Below, one piece after another: positions 63,931 through 64,000 of a stretch of DNA of 64,000 nucleotides. Position 1 is the first letter of the stretch; each line of letters opens with the position of its first letter. A program made the position numbers and the translations under genes. A model generated the notes under the pieces. It was not told the DNA's origin. It did not search any database and was given only the letters and a program-made list of their open reading frames with translations. The stretch comes from Eledone cirrhosa. Its lineage: Eukaryota. The DNA lies in NCBI GenBank assembly GCA_964016885.1, contig OZ024743.1, positions 304,916,001 through 304,980,000 of the forward strand. The letters run 5' to 3'.

Positions 63931-64000
63931 ATTTCTTGAGTAAGCTGAGTGTCTGCCATTATTGTTTTCTGAGGCGGTGGATTGGCAGTTTCAGTAGAGG

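Overview
AT-rich, microsatellite-dense animal genomic DNA; the repeat families suggest a cephalopod, probably Octopus (inference). The whole window lies inside one + strand, multi-exon gene that the ORF track largely misses. I reconstructed 14 GT-AG exons by hand (1939-59371, 2044 nt, about 681 aa, all intron phases compatible). They encode MAM-LDLa-MAM-LDLa-SRCR-LDLa-LDLa-SRCR-trypsin-like protease, an enteropeptidase-like mosaic S1 protease whose two ends lie outside the window. The introns hold a near full-length RTE LINE and truncated copies, two tRNA-derived SINE families, a decayed RepHel Helitron and non-autonomous Helitrons, a Penelope GIY-YIG fragment, R4/Dong fragments, a mariner nested in a DD37D-like element, and a 14 kb 48-bp satellite. 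Highlights: a complete type I hammerhead ribozyme fold with a compensatory U3-A8 core; a satellite that visibly grew from a SINE/RTE tail and then gained a co-amplified SINE piece, a Helitron and a foldback inversion; an ectopic partial exon copy inside a LINE fragment; and a non-canonical Asn-Ile zymogen activation site. All analysis was by eye, and no database searches were run.
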